Source: Pelagomonas calceolata (taxonomy: Eukaryota). From it: a stretch of 64,000 nucleotides of DNA. Positions 58,982 to 64,000 of the stretch are shown one piece after another. The position numbers were made by a program, and so were the translations under genes. The DNA is taken from NCBI GenBank assembly GCA_918797485.1, contig CAKKNE010000006.1, positions 3,038,001 to 3,102,000 of the forward strand. Reading direction: 5' to 3'. Every line of letters starts with the position of its first letter. The first letter of the stretch is position 1. The notes beneath the pieces were generated by a model, which was given only the letters and a program-made list of their open reading frames with translations, ran no database searches and was not told the origin of the DNA.

Positions 58982-61213
58982 ATGAGGACCGCACTCCTGC
59001 GATGCGTCGCGCTGCGCGCCGCCGCCGCGGCCACGGCGCCGCTCCTTTATGCACCCATCGACCGCGAGGTCTGCGTGCCCACCGTCACGGACGACGGCAC
59101 AGGCCCGTCCTTCTGCGTCGACTTCGTGAGGGAGGACTTGTTTGACGCAGCGGAACGGTTCTGCGACGATAATAATGTGTGCAGCGGCCACGAGGCGGGC
59201 GCGCTGGCGTACGCGGCGCGACGCGAACTCGAAAGGCAAGGTAATGAAGCCGAGCGGGCCTTGCGTGGACGGTTCCTGGAACTCGTGTCCGAAAAGGAAG
59301 ACCCCTGGACTACTGTGAGTGATCCCATCGCGAAAAGACGGACGAGAATTAGGAGGCACCAGGCGCGCGTTTTGGTGCAAGGGTCCTTCCCGGAGCCAGA
59401 AGAAGGCTGCCCCAACCAACGGGAACGAGCGTTAAGAGCGTGCGCGTTATCCAGGGCCTACACGGTCATCGACGTCCCACCTAACTTGAACGAGACGAGG
59501 GTGTGGCTCCTGAACACCTCTGTGGTCAATGTGGGCCCCAAAGCCTGGGCGTTGATCGGCGAGGTCTTCACGGAGGACGAGCACTACGCCCACGCCATCG
59601 CTTGCTTCTTGAGAAGCTTGGAGCAGGGCCTCGCGATTCGCGATCCCGGACGGGCGGCTTTATTAGATATGAACCTCGGGACGGTATTAGGGTGCTGGGG
59701 CGAACTTGCACTAGCAGCGCGATTGCTGGGCCGGGCCCACGCCCGGGCGTTGAAGCTCGCGGAGGCGAACCAATCCTACGATTATGCGGCACTAGCATTA
59801 GCGGCCAGGGTGAACGCGGCCGTATTGGTGCCGCCCGTCGTGCCCCCTCCACATGAGTTGAATGACCTACGTAATCTGCTACGGAGCGACCTGCGAGCCC
59901 TCGCGTCCCAAGATCTCCGCAAAAGTGCAGCTCGACATATTCAAGGAGACGATTCGAGTTATGATGAAGCCATTGTGAGAAGAGTCGGAAGGACGTTGTT
60001 CAACCTGGCGCACCAGTGCGGTCAGGATGATGCGGAGATCATGTTTTTACTAGCTTCGACGTTAACAAGGGCGGCGCCGTCCCTCGTCGAAGAAGTCCCG
60101 GAGCTGCCAAGGTTACAAAATGAAGTCGTAAAGCTGGGCTTCGCCTCGGCGCATTTGTGCGACCATAGTATTGGCAAGATGCTCGCGGACCCTCTCATTT
60201 TCCTGGCGCGGGATCCGCGGCTCGAGGTCTATGCCTTGCATGTCGCGTTCGGCCCGCCCTCGGACGACGACCACGTCCGCAAGTTCTTGCACGAGTTACT
60301 CGGCGAGCGGTCCTACGCTTTATCGGTGGATGTGAGAGAGGCCCGCAAAGAGGTCATTTCATTCAACCTAGACGTTTTAGTGTTCCCGGATCTGGGGATG
60401 GAGATCCCTTCCTATTTACTCGCCTTTTCGAGGTTGGCCCGAGTCCAGTGCGCGTGGTGGGGCCACCCCGTGTCGACGGGTCTACCGTCGATCGACTATT
60501 GGTTGGGCCTGGACACGGAGCGAGATGATGCTTTCCAGGAGTACTCCGAGCAGCTCGTGAGGTTTAGTCACGTGAACACGGCGCCGTTTCATCCGCAACG
60601 AGGCACGCCGGTCAACCGGACCGATCTGGTATCAAAAGATCCGGGCGGCGCCATCTACCTGGTGCTCGGGAGGCTGTTCAAGGTCCACGCTTTGTTTGAT
60701 GATATGTTGCTGGATTTACTGGAGCGTGATCGAACGGGCGTCGTGCTACTCGTGGGCGAGCCCCAGGAGCCGCTTACCATCAAAACTTATCAAAGAATTC
60801 AGAGGAGAGGTCTAGAGAGAAATCTGAAGACGGACCGCATCCACTTTATTGATTATTGGGCCTACATGGGGGCCCTCGCTACTGCTAGAGTCGTGCTCGA
60901 TACGCACCCCTACGGGGGCTGTCTTACCGCATTAGATGCGCTGTCGAACGGCGTACCTCTGGTCGTGTTACCGGGCCCCGCGGAGCGCGGGAGGCACGCG
61001 GCGTCTATTTATCAACAGATGGGGGTGTCGGACTTCGTGGCCGCCAATCAATCGGACTATGTCAGTATAGCCGCCCGCCTGGGCACGGACGACGCGTATC
61101 ATGAAGCGGCGGTCGCTAGGATCCGGGCGTCGTACCTGGACGCGCACCGCGCCGGGGCCGTCGCGGCCGAATGGGCGGGGGCGTTCCTGCGCATGGCGCG
61201 GGGGGCGGTCTGA
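58982..61213 (+). CDS. GT41 (SPINDLY/OGT-like) glycosyltransferase with signal peptide
   Basis: LCDHSIGK, LDVLVFPDLGM, RLARVQCAWWGHPVSTG, LDTHPYGGCLTALDAL. Confidence 0.85.
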   Translation: MRTALLRCVALRAAAAATAPLLYAPIDREVCVPTVTDDGTGPSFCVDFVREDLFDAAERFCDDNNVCSGHEAGALAYAARRELERQGNEAERALRGRFLELVSEKEDPWTTVSDPIAKRRTRIRRHQARVLVQGSFPEPEEGCPNQRERALRACALSRAYTVIDVPPNLNETRVWLLNTSVVNVGPKAWALIGEVFTEDEHYAHAIACFLRSLEQGLAIRDPGRAALLDMNLGTVLGCWGELALAARLLGRAHARALKLAEANQSYDYAALALAARVNAAVLVPPVVPPPHELNDLRNLLRSDLRALASQDLRKSAARHIQGDDSSYDEAIVRRVGRTLFNLAHQCGQDDAEIMFLLASTLTRAAPSLVEEVPELPRLQNEVVKLGFASAHLCDHSIGKMLADPLIFLARDPRLEVYALHVAFGPPSDDDHVRKFLHELLGERSYALSVDVREARKEVISFNLDVLVFPDLGMEIPSYLLAFSRLARVQCAWWGHPVSTGLPSIDYWLGLDTERDDAFQEYSEQLVRFSHVNTAPFHPQRGTPVNRTDLVSKDPGGAIYLVLGRLFKVHALFDDMLLDLLERDRTGVVLLVGEPQEPLTIKTYQRIQRRGLERNLKTDRIHFIDYWAYMGALATARVVLDTHPYGGCLTALDALSNGVPLVVLPGPAERGRHAASIYQQMGVSDFVAANQSDYVSIAARLGTDDAYHEAAVARIRASYLDAHRAGAVAAEWAGAFLRMARGAV

Positions 61214-61310
61214 GGCGGTCTTGTCTCTTAAAATTTAGTGTGTGTCTACTTTTTTGAATCTACTAATTTACATTAGCATCTCGGAAAACTCGTCGCTTCC
61301 GGAGATCGGG

Positions 61311-61332
61311 CTAGCGTCCTGTAAGACACTAG
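61311..61332 (+). promoter_or_regulatory. CTAG-bounded intergenic motif copy
   Basis: ctagcgtcctgtaagacactag. Confidence 0.7.
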
Positions 61333-61434
61333 GCATCCCTAAGGCAAGGACGCCGCCGCGCCCGACTAGCCCAGCCGTGGTTTAGTGACAACTGGGTCGC
61401 GGTCCACGCGACGACGACGACGAGCGTCAACTTG

Positions 61435-61713
61435 ATGGGCCGTAGTACCCACTGGAACCCCCTAACAAAAGCGGAGAGGAAGCGAGTAAAAACTGGACAA
61501 GCGCACGGAGTAGCAGGCATTTTGGGAGGGGGCGCCACACCTGATAGGGACAGGCGGCAGACAAACGAACCGGTCGCCTGGAACGCAACAAAGCGCCGAA
61601 CCGCGCTCGACTCGCGCCGCCCCGCTAAGTCGAACTCCTCCGAGTCGACTCTCCACGCGATCCTCTTCTGCGTGCTCGTGTTGATCGTGGGAGCGTGGGC
61701 CCTCGGGTACTAA
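61435..61713 (+). CDS. small tail-anchored membrane protein
   Basis: C-terminal TM LHAILFCVLVLIVGAWALGY. Confidence 0.45.
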   Translation: MGRSTHWNPLTKAERKRVKTGQAHGVAGILGGGATPDRDRRQTNEPVAWNATKRRTALDSRRPAKSNSSESTLHAILFCVLVLIVGAWALGY

Positions 61714-61715
61714 AG

Positions 61716-63329
61716 ATGACTAGAAGGGCGAACATGCGTTTGCTACCACTTTTGGTCGCCGCTGCTGCGTCTCCCTGCGAACGCGCGTTCGAGGCCGCCG
61801 GCGCCCGAAACGGCTGGGTCACCGGATCAAGTGTGAGGGCCTACTGCGAGCGCGAGGGACTCATGCGGAGTTTGGGCCGCGAGACGTTGGCCCGCGTGTG
61901 GGCCCAGGTCGACGACGCCAGAGACACGCGCGGTATCCAGGTCGAGACGTTCTGCCGCTTCCTGCGGCTGCTCGAGTCGGCACGCGCTTTACCGGGGCCC
62001 GATGATCCGGCGCGCGCCCTGCCGGAGCCCTCGGCGCCGGCGGACCACGATCTGCAGTCTTTGCCCCTCGCCGTCAACGACGTCTGCTATCGCGCCTGCC
62101 GGGACGGCTCGAAACCCTCGGTTTTGCGGCGCGACGACTGCCCGCCCGGCACCGCCTGCCGCGCCACGCAGCCGCCGGGCGTCTACCTCGACAATTGCCT
62201 CGCGCCCGACACGTGCCAGGCGCGGAGCGACGCCGCGCCGGTCCGGAACGCGTCGGGCGCGCCCGGCTCGGGCAGCGCCGTGGCCTGCACTAGTACCTCC
62301 GATCCCCACCTGCGGAAGTTCGTGGGCCTGCGGTGCTGCCGCGACCGCGCGACGCGCCGACCCTACACGATCCACGTCGGCCACGCGTCCGGCGGCTTCC
62401 GCGGCCTGACCCACGCGGCCATGTACGAGCCCGCGCGCGAGACGCTGCGGCGGGGCTTTTTGGCGCGCGCGGACGAGTGCGGATATACAGTGGCGACCTA
62501 CCTCGGCCCGCTGAAGCCAGAAACGCTCCGCGACGGCGACGTCGTCATTTCGATGGGAACGAACGGCCCCTATTGGTGGGGCTTTGCGAAAGTCGCGAAC
62601 GACCTCCGCCAGCGGCCGATCGCGTTCATCAACTACGAGACGGAGCCCGGAGGGCTACCGGCGAAGAAGGTCGGCATGCTGCTGCCGCGGCATCATGGGC
62701 GGAGTTTAAGACGCGGGCCCGGTGGCATGATGACGGAGATCTGGTCGTACGCCTTCTCGCACGGCGCGAAGGCCAACCGTATTAAAATAGTGCCGCCCGG
62801 CTTTCTGGAGCGCTTTCCGATACCGGAGACGGAGCCGGGGCCAGTCCGCACTTTTAAGTGGCTGGGGATGGCGGGCCGCTGCATGGACCGCCTGCCTCCC
62901 GATGTTAGGCGCCGCGTCTCCGAGACCTACGGCGTGCGCACTTTGTCGGATTGGCAGAGAACGATGGCCGCGAATCACACGGTGTATTTGAACCTGCACA
63001 AGGAGCACTGCAAGGGCGGCCGGCCGTCGCGAGACCTACCCGCGGAGTACTTCCGGTTGTCCGCCATAGTGTCGGCCGGCGGCCTCGTGGTCTCGGAGCC
63101 GTCGTACCCGGTCGACGAGGCGGCGCTCAAAGACATCGTCGTCTTCGAGCCCTCTATTTACGACAAGGCGGGCGGCTGGAGCGCTTCTACCACCACCCTC
63201 CTCGCCGACGGCGCGCGGCTCCGCGCGTGGCGCGACCAAGCCCTCGCGGCGTACCGGAGCCGCTTCGACCCCGTCGCGCTTCTGCGGCAGGCCGACGCGT
63301 GGAACGAGCGGCCGCGCGGGGATTTGTGA
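61716..63329 (+). CDS. secreted protein with an EH/EF-hand-like domain and a putative glycosyltransferase-like C-terminus
   Basis: LARVWAQVDD...GIQVETFC; FINYETEP, VYLNLHK...AEYFRLS...LVVSEPS. Confidence 0.6.
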   Translation: MTRRANMRLLPLLVAAAASPCERAFEAAGARNGWVTGSSVRAYCEREGLMRSLGRETLARVWAQVDDARDTRGIQVETFCRFLRLLESARALPGPDDPARALPEPSAPADHDLQSLPLAVNDVCYRACRDGSKPSVLRRDDCPPGTACRATQPPGVYLDNCLAPDTCQARSDAAPVRNASGAPGSGSAVACTSTSDPHLRKFVGLRCCRDRATRRPYTIHVGHASGGFRGLTHAAMYEPARETLRRGFLARADECGYTVATYLGPLKPETLRDGDVVISMGTNGPYWWGFAKVANDLRQRPIAFINYETEPGGLPAKKVGMLLPRHHGRSLRRGPGGMMTEIWSYAFSHGAKANRIKIVPPGFLERFPIPETEPGPVRTFKWLGMAGRCMDRLPPDVRRRVSETYGVRTLSDWQRTMAANHTVYLNLHKEHCKGGRPSRDLPAEYFRLSAIVSAGGLVVSEPSYPVDEAALKDIVVFEPSIYDKAGGWSASTTTLLADGARLRAWRDQALAAYRSRFDPVALLRQADAWNERPRGDL

Positions 63330-63536
63330 GTAGTGGCGTCGGTGTTCCCAAAGTTAATGACAATATACCTCTCCAAGCGTCCCTCGGCTAGTGGCCTGCC
63401 TGCAAGCTCCCAAGCAAAGTGGTGCAGCGCGCACAAAAGAGGCTGCCCGAAGCCAGCAAAGCGGGCACCTTTGGCTGCCCACCCATCACGAATCCACGGC
63501 CCGCCACGCCATCGCTGCGACCACACGACAAACACC

Positions 63537-64000
63537 ATGGACCTCCGGCCGCCCCGCCTCTACAAATGGTACAAGCCCATCGACGAGCGGGAGAAGGCCC
63601 TGGACCAGCCCGACCTCACTGAGGAGCAGCGCGCGGCCATGGACCTCGCGCGGCCCCCGGCGCCGAGCCTCCCGGGCGCCCCCGAGGGCGAGCCGGGCGC
63701 GGCGCCCGCCGCCGCGCCGGAAGATGAGGGAGAGGGCGAGCCCGTGGTCTTCACGGCGCCGGAGCACGTGCAGATCCAGACGCGCGAGGAGCAGCTCGAG
63801 GAGATCCGGCAGATGGGCCTCGGCGATTTATGCATGGACGATCCAGAACCAAAAATCGCCATGCCCGACTGGGCCGGCGGCGGCAGCGAGTCGTTAGGTG
63901 TAAAATACGACGAGGAACGAGAAAAGTTGGCCCGGGAGTTATGTGAGGACGAGCCGATGGAGTCCGAGGCGCCGGACGCGTGCGCGCCGGCGCCGGCGCC
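63537..64000 (+). CDS. 5' part of an acidic hypothetical protein; runs off the window
   Basis: ATG 63537 MDLRPPRLYKWYKPIDERE... open to the window end. Confidence 0.55.
   Translation, partial: MDLRPPRLYKWYKPIDEREKALDQPDLTEEQRAAMDLARPPAPSLPGAPEGEPGAAPAAAPEDEGEGEPVVFTAPEHVQIQTREEQLEEIRQMGLGDLCMDDPEPKIAMPDWAGGGSESLGVKYDEEREKLARELCEDEPMESEAPDACAPAPA

Noticed and set aside
393..61332. CTAG motif or introner TIRs as a CRISPR array or bacterial terminators
   Set aside because: Copies are dispersed rather than regularly spaced, the context is eukaryotic, and there are no cas genes

Overview
Gene-dense, GC-rich eukaryotic nuclear DNA. Short intergenic spaces, bipartite signal plus ASAFAP-type plastid presequences and TIR-bounded introns point to a pelagophyte alga (Pelagomonas/Aureococcus-like; inference). 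About 45 protein genes are present, including PMM, an arylamine N-acetyltransferase, ATG5, an AGC kinase, a MUT-7/EXD3-like nuclease with a YbaK insert, a class II glutamine amidotransferase, PGDH, NFU, ACOT9, ORC4 and a GT41 glycosyltransferase. Structure missed by the ORF track: (1) about 11 introner elements (CTGTGTGGAAATCAA...TTGATTTCCACACAG ends, 8-bp target-site duplications supplying GT/GC donors) whose removal restores reading frames; (2) an AhpC/TSA-like selenoprotein with an in-frame TGA in a UxxC motif and an atypical SECIS hairpin; (3) an ~22-bp CTAGCG-N(0-5)-GTAAGACACTAG motif in about 18 intergenic regions, mostly upstream of genes; (4) a 6.4-kb island bounded by 30-bp inverted repeats and outer direct repeats, carrying an orphan ORF of ~1560 aa with 99-aa tandem repeats, next to an MBD-like gene; (5) a cluster of four Cys-rich type II membrane proteins. 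All calls were made by eye; no database searches were run.
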